Shown piece after piece: positions 28,418 through 37,822 of a stretch of 64,000 bases of DNA. The notes beneath the pieces are model-generated. The model was given only the letters and a program-made list of their open reading frames with translations. It searched no databases and was not told the DNA's origin. The position numbers were made by a program, and so were the translations under genes. How positions within the stretch are numbered: position 1 is the first letter of the stretch; each line of letters opens with the position of its first letter. The DNA comes from Actinomycetota bacterium (GTDB lineage Bacteria > Actinomycetota > Acidimicrobiia > Acidimicrobiales > Ilumatobacteraceae): positions 3,652-67,651 of the forward strand of contig JBCDAK010000001.1 in assembly GCA_039185545.1 (NCBI GenBank), in the 5' to 3' direction.

Positions 28418-30166
28418 GTGGAGAACCGGGCGACGGAGGACGCGTCCCCGGGCGGGACGAGCGCCGTCGACCTCGACACGGAGGTCGACGACCTTCCCGC
28501 CGGGCGATCGCTGGGCGAGAACGTCTCGTCCCTCTTCGCCGCCCAGATCATCACGTGGATCATCGCCGTGGCTCTGGTGGTCCTCGTCCCGCGCTTTCTC
28601 GGTGCGACGGCCATCGGTCAGCTGCAGATCGCCGAGTCGGTGTGGGCGATCGCTGCCGTGTTCGCCGGTCTCGGGACCGAGACCGTGGTCACGCTCGACA
28701 TCGCGCGCGACCGACGGCGGGGCGCGCAGGTCATCGCTCCGGTGCTCCTCGCACGCGCGTTGTTCTTCATCGTGGCCGCCGGAGCGGTCGCCGTCGTCGC
28801 CGCCACGCTGTACGACAGCGACCTGGCTCTGCTGTTCGTGATCGTCGGCTGCGGCATGGTGTTCGCCGGAACCGCCGAGGTGGGGGTGGCAGCTCTCCAG
28901 GGGTTCGAGGACCTGGCCGTCCAGTCGCGGGCCAACATCGTGTCCAAGGCCGTCAGTGCGGTGGCGGTGCTGATCGCACTCTTCGCCGGGGCCGAGATCG
29001 AGACGATCGCCATCATCGTCGGGGCGACGGCGGGCCTGTACACCCTCCTCCTCTTCCGGTACGTCCGTCGCTACGCCCGAATCGAGTGGCACGCCACGGT
29101 CCGCGAGGCGATGACCGTGGCCCGGCGCGGACTCCCGTACCTGTTCGGTGGCGCCACGATGGTCGTGTACACCCAGATCGACTCGATCGTCATCTCGCTG
29201 CTGATCGACTCCGAGCAGGTCGGCTGGTACGCCGCTGCGGACCGGCTCATGGCGACGTCGCTGTTCGTACCGACCGCGCTGATGACCGCGCTGTTCCCCG
29301 TGCTCGCGCGGCTCCACAACGAGGACCGGGAGGCCGCCGAACGGATCCTCGACGACGGGTTCCGCTCGCTGCTCGTGCTCGCCCTGCCGATCGGCGTCGG
29401 GATCATCGTCATCGCGCGGCCGTTCACACGGTTCCTCTACGGCGACGACTTCATCGAATCGGGGCCGGTGTTCGCCGTGTTCGGTGTCGTGCTCGCGATC
29501 ATGTTTCAGACGATCCTGCTCGGCCAATACGCGGTGGCGACCGGACGGGAGAAGTTCTTCTTCGGTTTGCTCGCCGCCGTCACGGTGCTGTCGGTGCCGC
29601 TCGACCTCGTGCTGGTTCCGTGGACCAACGATCAGTTCGGCAACGGAGCCATCGGTGGAGCGCTCGCCTACGTCGTGACCGAAGGCATCGTCCTCGTCGT
29701 GGCCGTCAAGGTGATGGCGCCGAACGTCGTCAACGGCGCGATGTTCATCCGCCTGCTCAAGTGCGGCGTGGCCGCCGGGGTCATGGCGGCGGCGATCTGG
29801 CCGCTCCGATCGATCTTCGTGCTCGTCCCCATCGGTGTGGGGGCCGCCGTGTACCTGATCGGAATCGTCGTGTTGCGCACACTCGACGAGCGCGAGACCG
29901 AGGCGGTCGGCGCGCTGGTCGATCGGGTCCGTCGGCGCGGCGGGGACGACGAGTGGACCGACGACGGGTCGACCGACGACGGGTCGACCGACGACGAACA
30001 GCCCCGTGTCGATCACCACGACACCGGCGACGTCCCCGGGGGTGGTGCCACCTCGACGACCACGACCACCTCGGCCACGTCGGCCGCGGACGAGAGCGGC
30101 GGTGCGACGGGGGACAGCGACCGTTCGGGCTTCCCGCCACCGTGGCCGCCGCCGACGTCGCACTGA
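28418..30166 (+). CDS. wzx: Wzx-type oligosaccharide flippase (MOP superfamily) with an acidic low-complexity tail
   Basis: About 14 TMs; LVPRFLG...G.L, IDSIVISLL, QVGWYAAADRL, LFPVLAR, GAIGGALA. The probable start is GTG 28418. Confidence 0.85.
   Translation: MENRATEDASPGGTSAVDLDTEVDDLPAGRSLGENVSSLFAAQIITWIIAVALVVLVPRFLGATAIGQLQIAESVWAIAAVFAGLGTETVVTLDIARDRRRGAQVIAPVLLARALFFIVAAGAVAVVAATLYDSDLALLFVIVGCGMVFAGTAEVGVAALQGFEDLAVQSRANIVSKAVSAVAVLIALFAGAEIETIAIIVGATAGLYTLLLFRYVRRYARIEWHATVREAMTVARRGLPYLFGGATMVVYTQIDSIVISLLIDSEQVGWYAAADRLMATSLFVPTALMTALFPVLARLHNEDREAAERILDDGFRSLLVLALPIGVGIIVIARPFTRFLYGDDFIESGPVFAVFGVVLAIMFQTILLGQYAVATGREKFFFGLLAAVTVLSVPLDLVLVPWTNDQFGNGAIGGALAYVVTEGIVLVVAVKVMAPNVVNGAMFIRLLKCGVAAGVMAAAIWPLRSIFVLVPIGVGAAVYLIGIVVLRTLDERETEAVGALVDRVRRRGGDDEWTDDGSTDDGSTDDEQPRVDHHDTGDVPGGGATSTTTTTSATSAADESGGATGDSDRSGFPPPWPPPTSH
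29956..29996 (+). repeat. 15-bp tandem repeat (gaccgacgacgggtc, ~2.7 copies) encoding TDDGS in the Wzx tail
   Basis: Read directly from the sequence. Confidence 0.85.
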
Positions 30167-30180
30167 TAGCTTCGCGCCCG

Positions 30181-31245
30181 ATGGCGGGCGGATCTGGTCT
30201 CTCGGACCGAGTTCGTCTGGCCGATCGTCTCCGTCGCTCTGCCGACCCGATCGACGCCGGAGAGGCGCCCGTCCTGCTCTTCTTCTCGGACTTCGAGCGC
30301 GACAAGCTCTTCCGTCACGACCGGTACCTCCAGCGCGTCGTCCGACCGATGCTGGCGAAGGTCGGCGTGACCGGACGAGTGTCCGGCTTCCAGATGTGGT
30401 TCCGACTGCTCGCTCACGCCCTCACGCTGCGCGGAGAGACCGTGATCATCAACGACCGGTCGCTCGCCCGACGGCATCCCGACTGGCCGGTCGGACTCGT
30501 GGGCTACCCCCACCTCCTCGACGACTGGAACCTGCCCAACCCGGCCGTCCTCGGCCCGGCGATGCTGAACCATCCGGCCGAGGACCCCGACCTCATGACC
30601 GATCCGCGCTTCCGGCACTACCTGGTCACGTGCTCGTGGATGCACGACCTGTTCCGGCCGGCCTTCGGCGAGGGAGTCGAGAGTTGGTTCGCCGGCATCG
30701 ACGTCGATCTGTGGCCGTCACCACCCGACCGAGAGCGGTCGATCGACGTGTTGATCTACGACAAGATCCGCTGGAACCGAGACACGCTCACACCGGTCCT
30801 CCTCGATGCGGCGGTGCAGAAGGTCCGGTCGGCCGGCCTGTCGTTCCGCATCGTGACCTACGGCGCCTACGACCACGGTGAGTACCAGCAGCTGCTGGCC
30901 CGGGCGCGCTCGATGATCTTCCTCTGCGAGCACGAGACCCAGGGCATGGCCTACCAGGAGGCGATGGCCTCGGGTGTCCCGATCCTCGCGTGGGACAACG
31001 GCACGTGGCTCGATCCCGACGCCGACCACTTCTCCGACGAGCCGATCCCCGCGTCGTCGGTGCCGCACTTCTCCGACGAGTGCGGCGAGCGGTTCCGCAC
31101 ACCCGACGATCTCGACGAGGCGTTCGATCGGTTCTGGGAGCGGCGAGCGGACTACCGACCGCGGGAGTTCGTGCGCGATCACCTCTCGGTCTCGCAGTCG
31201 GCCGATCGGTACATGGCCCTGTACCAGGCGCTCCAGCCGGCCTGA
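30181..31245 (+). CDS. Glycosyltransferase (GT4/GT-B-like)
   Basis: C-terminal part of the 896-aa track ORF, starting at ATG 30181. WFAGID, LIYDKIR, FLCEHETQGMAYQEAMASGVPILAW. Confidence 0.82.
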   Translation: MAGGSGLSDRVRLADRLRRSADPIDAGEAPVLLFFSDFERDKLFRHDRYLQRVVRPMLAKVGVTGRVSGFQMWFRLLAHALTLRGETVIINDRSLARRHPDWPVGLVGYPHLLDDWNLPNPAVLGPAMLNHPAEDPDLMTDPRFRHYLVTCSWMHDLFRPAFGEGVESWFAGIDVDLWPSPPDRERSIDVLIYDKIRWNRDTLTPVLLDAAVQKVRSAGLSFRIVTYGAYDHGEYQQLLARARSMIFLCEHETQGMAYQEAMASGVPILAWDNGTWLDPDADHFSDEPIPASSVPHFSDECGERFRTPDDLDEAFDRFWERRADYRPREFVRDHLSVSQSADRYMALYQALQPA

Positions 31246-31370
31246 TCGAGGTCGTCGCAGCCAGGTCGACCGACATGTCGGAACGATGACGATCGTGTCG
31301 AACGTGTGACTATCCTCGCGTACCGCTGACGTCCGCCCGGCGCGGACCGACGAACGGAGCGAGAGAAGTC

Positions 31371-33245
31371 ATGCCACGTCCATCCTCACCCTGGTCCCGA
31401 CGCGCGGCCGTGGCCATCGTTGCGGCGACCGCTGCGACCACGGTCGCGATCCCGGCGATCACGTCCGCCGAGGTCGAGACCGGGCGCCCCGACCGCGTGC
31501 TCGACACCCGTGAGGGTGTGGGCCACTCGGGCCGCATCGGTCCAGGCGACGTCGTACAGCTGTCACCGTCCGAGCTCGGCGTGTCGGCGGGATCGGCGGT
31601 CACGCTCAACCTCGTCGCGACCGGTGCCTCGACGCGCGGTTTCGCCTCGGCGTGGCCCTGCTCGGGCGACACCGACGACACCGCGATCCTCAACTACGAG
31701 CCCGGTGACGTCGTCTCGAACTTCGCGGTCCTCGGTGTCGACGCCGCAGGCCTGTGTCTGAGCTCCAGCACGGCTGTCCACCTGGTGGCCGACGTCAGTG
31801 GGTCTCTCGACGGCGGCGACGTCGACGCACGATCCCCGGTCCGCGTGGTCGACACGCGAGAGCGCGGTGGGCGCCTCTCGGGCGGAGATCTCCGACGGAT
31901 CGACCTCGGTGGCGCCGTCGACGTACCGGACGGAGTCGGTGGCGTCGCCGTGAACGTCGCCGTGACCCGCTCGTCGGCCGGTGGCTTCCTCAGCGTGATC
32001 GCGTGCGATGCCTCGCTTCCGCCGGCCACCTCGACGCTGAACTTCGGCGCCGGCGACGTGGTGTCGTCCTTCGCCATCGCCTCGATCGACGGCGACGATC
32101 TCTGCGTGTGGACGAATGTCGACGCCGACCTGGTCATCGACGTGTACGGCTGGATCCGGAACGCCAGCGATCTCGATGCCCAGACTCCGCAGCGACTCGT
32201 CGACACGCGCGTCGGCCGTGGCATCACGGGCGCGCTCCCGAGCGGTTCCGAGCAACGGGTGCGCGTCGCCGGGCTCGCGGGTGTGTCCAACCAGGCCGAG
32301 GCCGCGGTCGTCAACTTCACGCTGACGCGGACCACGAGCCGCGCCTTCCTCACCGCGTGGGACTGCAGCGGATCGCGGCCCACGTCGTCGGTCGTCAACG
32401 TCGGTGCGGGCGCGACCCGAGCGACCCAGGCCCTCCTCCGTCTGGCGAACTCCGGCGAACTCTGCCTGCGCGCCGTCAGCGACGACGGTCGTCCGGTCCA
32501 CGTGATCGCCGACGTCGTCGGAGCGGTGGCGGGGAACGTCGACCGTCCCGTTCCGCCCCCGCAACCTGAGCCGACCGGACGCTTCGAGACGCTGCCGCCC
32601 GGATCACCTCTCCCGTCGAGCGCCGACTGCGCCGCACGGGTACGTCCGGCCGCCGAGACGCGGCCCGGCAACGCCGTGTACAACCAGACGGCGGGCCGCG
32701 CCAACGGCGCGTTCGCCGACCACGAGCACGCCCTCTTCCGTCGGGTTGACGGCGCCTTCACCGGCACCACCGACGAGATCCTCCAGTGGACCGCGTGCAA
32801 ATGGGGCATCGACGAAGACGTCGTCCGGGCGCAGACCGCTCTCGAGTCGTGGTGGCACCAGACGACCGAGGGCGACGTCACGGGCGACCAGAGCGCCTGC
32901 CACCCCGTTCTGCGTGGTGGAAGCCAGTGTCCCGAGTCGATCGGCCTGCTGCAGGTGCGATTCCTCTACCACGGTGAGGCGTACGAGGACGAGAACGCGA
33001 TCCGGTCCAGTGCCTACAACGCCGACTACGCCTACGCCGTCTGGCGGACGTGCTTCGAGGGTGAGTTCACCTGGCTCAACACCGTCGAGCGAGGTGCCAC
33101 GTACTCGGCCGGCGATCTTCGCGGCTGCATGGGCGTCTGGTTCTCGGGTCGTTGGTACGTGCCCGACGCGTACGACTACCTCGGTCGGTTCGACGACTTC
33201 TTCGACGACCGGGTCTGGGAGCAGGACTACTTCCTGAACGGATGA
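31371..33245 (+). CDS. Secreted protein: three RxxDTR repeat domains + Pro linker + lysozyme/SLT-like domain
   Basis: Signal peptide (..IPAITSA); repeats at RVLDTR, RVVDTR and RLVDTR; C-terminal ACKWGIDEDVVRAQTALES...SIGLLQV...NADY resembles SLT motifs (ES, GLxQ). Confidence 0.75.
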   Translation: MPRPSSPWSRRAAVAIVAATAATTVAIPAITSAEVETGRPDRVLDTREGVGHSGRIGPGDVVQLSPSELGVSAGSAVTLNLVATGASTRGFASAWPCSGDTDDTAILNYEPGDVVSNFAVLGVDAAGLCLSSSTAVHLVADVSGSLDGGDVDARSPVRVVDTRERGGRLSGGDLRRIDLGGAVDVPDGVGGVAVNVAVTRSSAGGFLSVIACDASLPPATSTLNFGAGDVVSSFAIASIDGDDLCVWTNVDADLVIDVYGWIRNASDLDAQTPQRLVDTRVGRGITGALPSGSEQRVRVAGLAGVSNQAEAAVVNFTLTRTTSRAFLTAWDCSGSRPTSSVVNVGAGATRATQALLRLANSGELCLRAVSDDGRPVHVIADVVGAVAGNVDRPVPPPQPEPTGRFETLPPGSPLPSSADCAARVRPAAETRPGNAVYNQTAGRANGAFADHEHALFRRVDGAFTGTTDEILQWTACKWGIDEDVVRAQTALESWWHQTTEGDVTGDQSACHPVLRGGSQCPESIGLLQVRFLYHGEAYEDENAIRSSAYNADYAYAVWRTCFEGEFTWLNTVERGATYSAGDLRGCMGVWFSGRWYVPDAYDYLGRFDDFFDDRVWEQDYFLNG

Positions 33246-33272
33246 TCCGGAGGGGCGCTCATCGTGGTCGCC

Positions 33273-34448
33273 TCAGGAGGCGGTCACCATGATGTTGTCC
33301 CAGTGCCAGGTGTAGCTGCAGTTGCCGGGGGCCAGGCAGGCGTCGTCTTCCTTGTCCGGCGTGTAGTTGTGGTCCTTGAAGACGACCACGAACTCGTCGG
33401 GGAACGAGCCGGGCACGGTGTAGCTCTCGACGCCGGCGATGTCGACCACGATCTGCTCACCGTCGTCGATGATCGAGAAGGGCAGACGGGGCGGCTTCAG
33501 GCTGCACGGCTCGACCAACTCGGATCGCTCGCACAGCGAGTAGTGGGGTGAGACCTCCTGGTCGACGCCCTCGGTCGTGATGCGGATGTCGCCGCCGAAC
33601 GGGCCGTTGCCGACCACGATGGCGCCGTCAGGGTAGACCGGCAGGCCGTCGGCTGCGTCGAGCCAGTCGATACGCGAGCACTGCGGGCAGGTCGGGCGAT
33701 CGGTCGAGAAGTCGGCCGGGACGATGGCGACCTCCCACCACTGACGTCCACCGAGGTCGGTCACGTTGACGTCCCAGGACACGGTGTCGTGGGAGTCGAA
33801 GGTCGCGTCGGGCGAGAACCAGACGACGGAGTACGCATCGACGTCGCCCATCGTGGTCATCAGGTGGTTGCCGGCGACCGCTCCGGTGAGCGCCGACACG
33901 TCGCAGACGTAGAACGTGTTGTCGATCCGCTCCTGCTGGGTGTGTGCGGGATCGAACGAGACGGGACGGGTCTCCGTCGGCGGTCCGCACACGCCGTCGC
34001 CGAGATCGGAATGGTCGGCCAGCCACTCACCCCCTGCGTCGTTCGGCGCGTCGTGCACATCGACGTTGCGGTGGTAGACGCCGAGGCGGAAGTCGTCGAG
34101 TGACGCGGCGGTGTCGAACGTGGCGACGAAATCTCCGTCGGCGACGGTCGCCGGGGTGGGGTCGGGCATCGGCTCGGCGGCTGCGCCATCGGCGTCGTCG
34201 GAGGCGGGCTCGGAGTCGACGTCACCGACCGGGTCGACCGGTTCGTCGACCGCGACCGCGTCGGCGTCGGTCGACTCGACATCGGGATCGTCGGAACCGA
34301 GTCCGAGCACGGCGACGGCGGCGACGCCGGCCGCCGCACCGCCCGCGACCAGTGCGAGGGCCGCCAGACCGCGCCGACGCTTCGGCTCGGGCGGGGGAGG
34401 AGGCGGGAGCGGCGCAGGTGCGTCCGGAATCGTGTCCACCGAGGTCAC
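33273..34448 (-). CDS. Single-pass membrane protein with an acidic linker and an uncharacterised ~280-aa Trp/Cys-rich extracellular domain
   Basis: Poly-Pro, RRR, a TM helix and a D/E/P linker, then a domain paralogous to the C-terminus of 34567-36522. Confidence 0.75.
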   Translation of the reverse strand: MTSVDTIPDAPAPLPPPPPPEPKRRRGLAALALVAGGAAAGVAAVAVLGLGSDDPDVESTDADAVAVDEPVDPVGDVDSEPASDDADGAAAEPMPDPTPATVADGDFVATFDTAASLDDFRLGVYHRNVDVHDAPNDAGGEWLADHSDLGDGVCGPPTETRPVSFDPAHTQQERIDNTFYVCDVSALTGAVAGNHLMTTMGDVDAYSVVWFSPDATFDSHDTVSWDVNVTDLGGRQWWEVAIVPADFSTDRPTCPQCSRIDWLDAADGLPVYPDGAIVVGNGPFGGDIRITTEGVDQEVSPHYSLCERSELVEPCSLKPPRLPFSIIDDGEQIVVDIAGVESYTVPGSFPDEFVVVFKDHNYTPDKEDDACLAPGNCSYTWHWDNIMVTAS

Positions 34449-34566
34449 GGACGGATTCTACGGAATCCGCGCCGGCCCTCGAGTCGCACTTCCCGGTTCT
34501 CCGAGAGATCTTGACCCGTGTGCGCTCACCGTCGTGGCGCGACCACGCTGAGGCTCAGAATCGGGC

Positions 34567-36522
34567 TCAGCGGACGATGATGTTGTCCCAGTGCCAGGTG
34601 TACCCGACCGGGTCGCCGTCCTTGTTGGGCGTGTAGTTGTGGTCCTTCAGGATCACGTCGAACTGGTCGGGAAGCGAGCCGGGGACCCGGTAGGTCGCTG
34701 CATTGCCGTATTGGATCGTCAGGGAGCCGTCGCCGTTGTCGGTGATCGAGAACGTCCGGCGGATCGCCTTCGACTCGCACCCCTCCCGGTCGAGGTCGCA
34801 CATGTGGGTGTGGTCCTGGACCTTCATGTCGTTGCCGTCGACATGGATCCGGATGTCACCGCCGAACGGACCGTTGGCCACGACGACCGATCCGTTCGGG
34901 TAGGTCGGCAGGCCGGCGGTGTCGTTCATCCACGGAGCCGCGGCGCACTGTGGGCAGTCGGCGATGCCGGTGCTGAAGGTGTTCGGCACGACCATGACCT
35001 CCCACCACTGGCGGCCCTTGAGGTCGGTCACGTTGACGTCCCACGAGACCGTCCGGGCGTTCGAGAAGCTCCGCGTCGGTGCGAACCAGCCGGTCGAGTA
35101 GCCGGACGTGTCCCCGATGGAGGTCATCACGTGGTCGCGGCAGAGGTAACGCCAGCCGGTGGACGAGTTGCGGTTGATCGTCCGCTGGCTGTCGGGCGAA
35201 CCACAGTCGGTGTCGTGGTCGGCCGACCAGCTGGTCTGGTCGACGAGGTCGGTGTCACGGTGGTACACGCCCCAGTCGAAGTCGTCGAGACCGGTGTTGC
35301 CGTCGAACGTCGCGGCGAACTGCGTGCCCGACACATCGGGTCCGCCGCCCGAGTCGTCGCCGCCTCCGCCGCCCGAGCCGCCGCTGCCACCGCTGCCGCC
35401 GGCCGGGCGGGTGTCGAGGACGCGGGTCGGGGAGAAGGTGTCGACGCCCGACGAGTTGGGGATGACGCCGTTGAGGTCGACGATCAGGTGGACGGACGTG
35501 CTGGTCGACAGGCAGATCGTGCCGCCCTCGCCGAGTCCGAGGACCGTGGCGTTCGAGATCGGCTCACCGGCCGAGTAGTTGAGAATGGACGCGGTGGGCA
35601 TGTCCTGGCCGCACGGCCACGCCACGACGAAGCCGGAGCTCGACGCCTGGGCTGCCGCGATGTTGAGCACGACCGACGAGTTGTTGCCGATCCCGGCGGC
35701 ATCGGCGACGTCGAGCACATGTGTCTCGCCCGCACCGTTGGCCTGGCCCGACCGGGTGTCGAGCACTCGGAGCGGCACGTAGCCGTCGAGACCGGCCCCC
35801 GTGATGACGCCGTTCGCGTCGACCAGGAGATCGGTTCGACTCGATGCGTAGAGGCAGAGCGTCCCGTCGTCGGCGAGCGCCAGCTCGGCCGAGTTGGCGA
35901 TGTTCGAACCCGCCTCGTAGTTGAGGATGCTCGCCGTCGGGCGATCCTGATCGCAGGGCCACGCGATGATGTGGCCACGGTCGGCGGGACGGACGGCCGT
36001 GAGATTGAGCGTGGCGGTGCCGGCGCTGCCGGCGATCGGGCCCTCGCCCGCCACCTGCACCGAGATGGTCTCGCCGGCGCCGATCGGCCGGGAGTCGCGG
36101 GTGTCGAGGAGGCGGTACGGGTTGTTGCCGTCGAAGGAGCTTCCTTCGGGGAACACGCCGTTGACGTCGACGATGAGCTCGGCGTCGGACGAGCGGTAGA
36201 TGCACACGGCGCCGTCGTCGGACAGCTCGACGATGGTGGAGTTGGAGACGGCCGGGCCGGGCTCGTAGTTGAGGCTCGACGCCGTGGGCATGTCGTCGTC
36301 GCACGACCAGATGGTGACGAAGCCGACCTCGGTGGCCCGGGCGACGGCGACGTTGAGGACGGCTGCGTCGGCATCGCCGGGGACGCCGTTCACACCGGAG
36401 ATCTGGACCTCGATGGTGGAGTCGGCGCCGCTCGCGGTGCCACCGGTCTGAACCACAGCGAGCAGGCCCAGCGTCGCCGAGACGGCGGCGAGGCTGGCGA
36501 GCCCTGCGCGAACTGGTTTCAT
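34567..36522 (-). CDS. Secreted protein: three RxxDTR repeat domains (permuted) + Gly linker + the same uncharacterised Trp/Cys-rich domain
   Basis: ATG 36522 with a GGAGG RBS; signal peptide MKPVRAG...ASG; repeats LNVA..GFV.AWPC....PTASILNY; GGSGGSGGGGG linker. Confidence 0.8.
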   Translation of the reverse strand: MKPVRAGLASLAAVSATLGLLAVVQTGGTASGADSTIEVQISGVNGVPGDADAAVLNVAVARATEVGFVTIWSCDDDMPTASSLNYEPGPAVSNSTIVELSDDGAVCIYRSSDAELIVDVNGVFPEGSSFDGNNPYRLLDTRDSRPIGAGETISVQVAGEGPIAGSAGTATLNLTAVRPADRGHIIAWPCDQDRPTASILNYEAGSNIANSAELALADDGTLCLYASSRTDLLVDANGVITGAGLDGYVPLRVLDTRSGQANGAGETHVLDVADAAGIGNNSSVVLNIAAAQASSSGFVVAWPCGQDMPTASILNYSAGEPISNATVLGLGEGGTICLSTSTSVHLIVDLNGVIPNSSGVDTFSPTRVLDTRPAGGSGGSGGSGGGGGDDSGGGPDVSGTQFAATFDGNTGLDDFDWGVYHRDTDLVDQTSWSADHDTDCGSPDSQRTINRNSSTGWRYLCRDHVMTSIGDTSGYSTGWFAPTRSFSNARTVSWDVNVTDLKGRQWWEVMVVPNTFSTGIADCPQCAAAPWMNDTAGLPTYPNGSVVVANGPFGGDIRIHVDGNDMKVQDHTHMCDLDREGCESKAIRRTFSITDNGDGSLTIQYGNAATYRVPGSLPDQFDVILKDHNYTPNKDGDPVGYTWHWDNIIVR

Positions 36523-36600
36523 GGTCGTTGCTCCCTCCACGGCTGCGGCTGCATGGTCGGGTCGCAGTCCCGATTCGGCCGCCCATCCGCGTATCGGTCG

Positions 36601-36614
36601 GTGAGAGACGTCAC
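36601..36614. promoter_or_regulatory. GTGA-N6-TCAC site (CRP/GlxR-like core) in a divergent intergenic region
   Basis: GTGAgagacgTCAC, followed by GTGA-N7-TCAC (36615-36629) and GTGACG...CGTCAC (36636-36660). Confidence 0.4.
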
Positions 36615-36823
36615 GTGAGCGAAGTTCACCGCCGCGTGACGAATTGATTTCGAACGTCACCGAACCGTAGCAGTTTCGTCATGGAGTCATCGCCGGCGTC
36701 GTCAACTGTCCACATCTCGACAACACCTCCTGCCGGGCGCTCGCGTGCCGGCCCCGTCGTTCGGAGTACAGTTCCGCACCCGATGGGCGAGCTTCCCCCG
36801 GCCTCTCCCGGCGGTGACCCGTC

Positions 36824-37822
36824 ATGAGCGACGTCACGGTCGTCGTCCCGACGTACAACCGCGTCGATCGACTGCGCCGGGTGATCGACTCACTCGAAGC
36901 CCAGGCCGTCGGCCCGTCCGAGGTGTCGAACGACGTCTCGTTCGAGGTCGTGGTGGTGTCCGACGGGTCCACCGACGGCACCCACGACTACCTGCGCGAC
37001 ACCGAGTTCTCGGTCACGGTGCGGTGGTTCACCCAGGAGAACGCCGGACCCGCCCACGCGCGGAACCGAGGCATCGACGAGGCGCGCGGCGAACTCGTGC
37101 TGTTCGTCGACGACGACTTCGTGCCCGCTGACGATCTCGTCGCCACGCACGTGGCGGCGCACGAGCGACTCGGCGACCGCGTGGTCGTGATCGGTCCGAT
37201 GCTCGACCCACCCGATTTCGAGTTCAGCCCGTGGACCGCCTGGGAGCAGTCGATGCTGCGCAAGCAGTACGACGCGATGACCGAGGGTCTGTGGCCGGCG
37301 ACGGCGCGCCAGTTCTACACCGCCAACGCCTCGGTCCGCACCGAACACCTCCGCGCCGCCGGCGGGTTCGACCCGTCGTTCCACCGCATGGAGGACATCG
37401 AACTCGGCTACCGACTCGAGGAGCTCGGCCTCGAGTTCCACTTCGAGCCGGACGCCCGCGGCTTCCATTACGCCGCCCGCTCGTACGCGTCGTGGCTCGA
37501 CATCGCCGCTGCGTACGGCCGCAACGACATCGTGTTCGGCCGCCAACCCGGTCGGGACAACTGGCTCGACCTCGTGGTCGGCGGGTTCTGGCGGCGCAAC
37601 CCGGTCCTGCAGATCCTGCTGCACGGCACGGTGCGGTCGACGAAGCTGGCGAACGCACTCGCGGCGATCGTCGAGCGGACCGTCGAGCCGGCCGATCGTG
37701 TCTCGCGCCGCCTCTCGCGCGGTCTCCTCAGCTGCATGTACAACACCGCGTACTATCGCGGGATGGCTGCGGAACTCGGCGGGTCCCGTACGTTCTTCCG
37801 GGAGTCCTGGGCGCGGCGATGA
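36824..37822 (+). CDS. Glycosyltransferase family 2
   Basis: VVVPTYNR, VVSDGSTDGT, NAGPAHARNRG, FVDDD, GGFD, EDIELGYR. Confidence 0.92.
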   Translation: MSDVTVVVPTYNRVDRLRRVIDSLEAQAVGPSEVSNDVSFEVVVVSDGSTDGTHDYLRDTEFSVTVRWFTQENAGPAHARNRGIDEARGELVLFVDDDFVPADDLVATHVAAHERLGDRVVVIGPMLDPPDFEFSPWTAWEQSMLRKQYDAMTEGLWPATARQFYTANASVRTEHLRAAGGFDPSFHRMEDIELGYRLEELGLEFHFEPDARGFHYAARSYASWLDIAAAYGRNDIVFGRQPGRDNWLDLVVGGFWRRNPVLQILLHGTVRSTKLANALAAIVERTVEPADRVSRRLSRGLLSCMYNTAYYRGMAAELGGSRTFFRESWARR

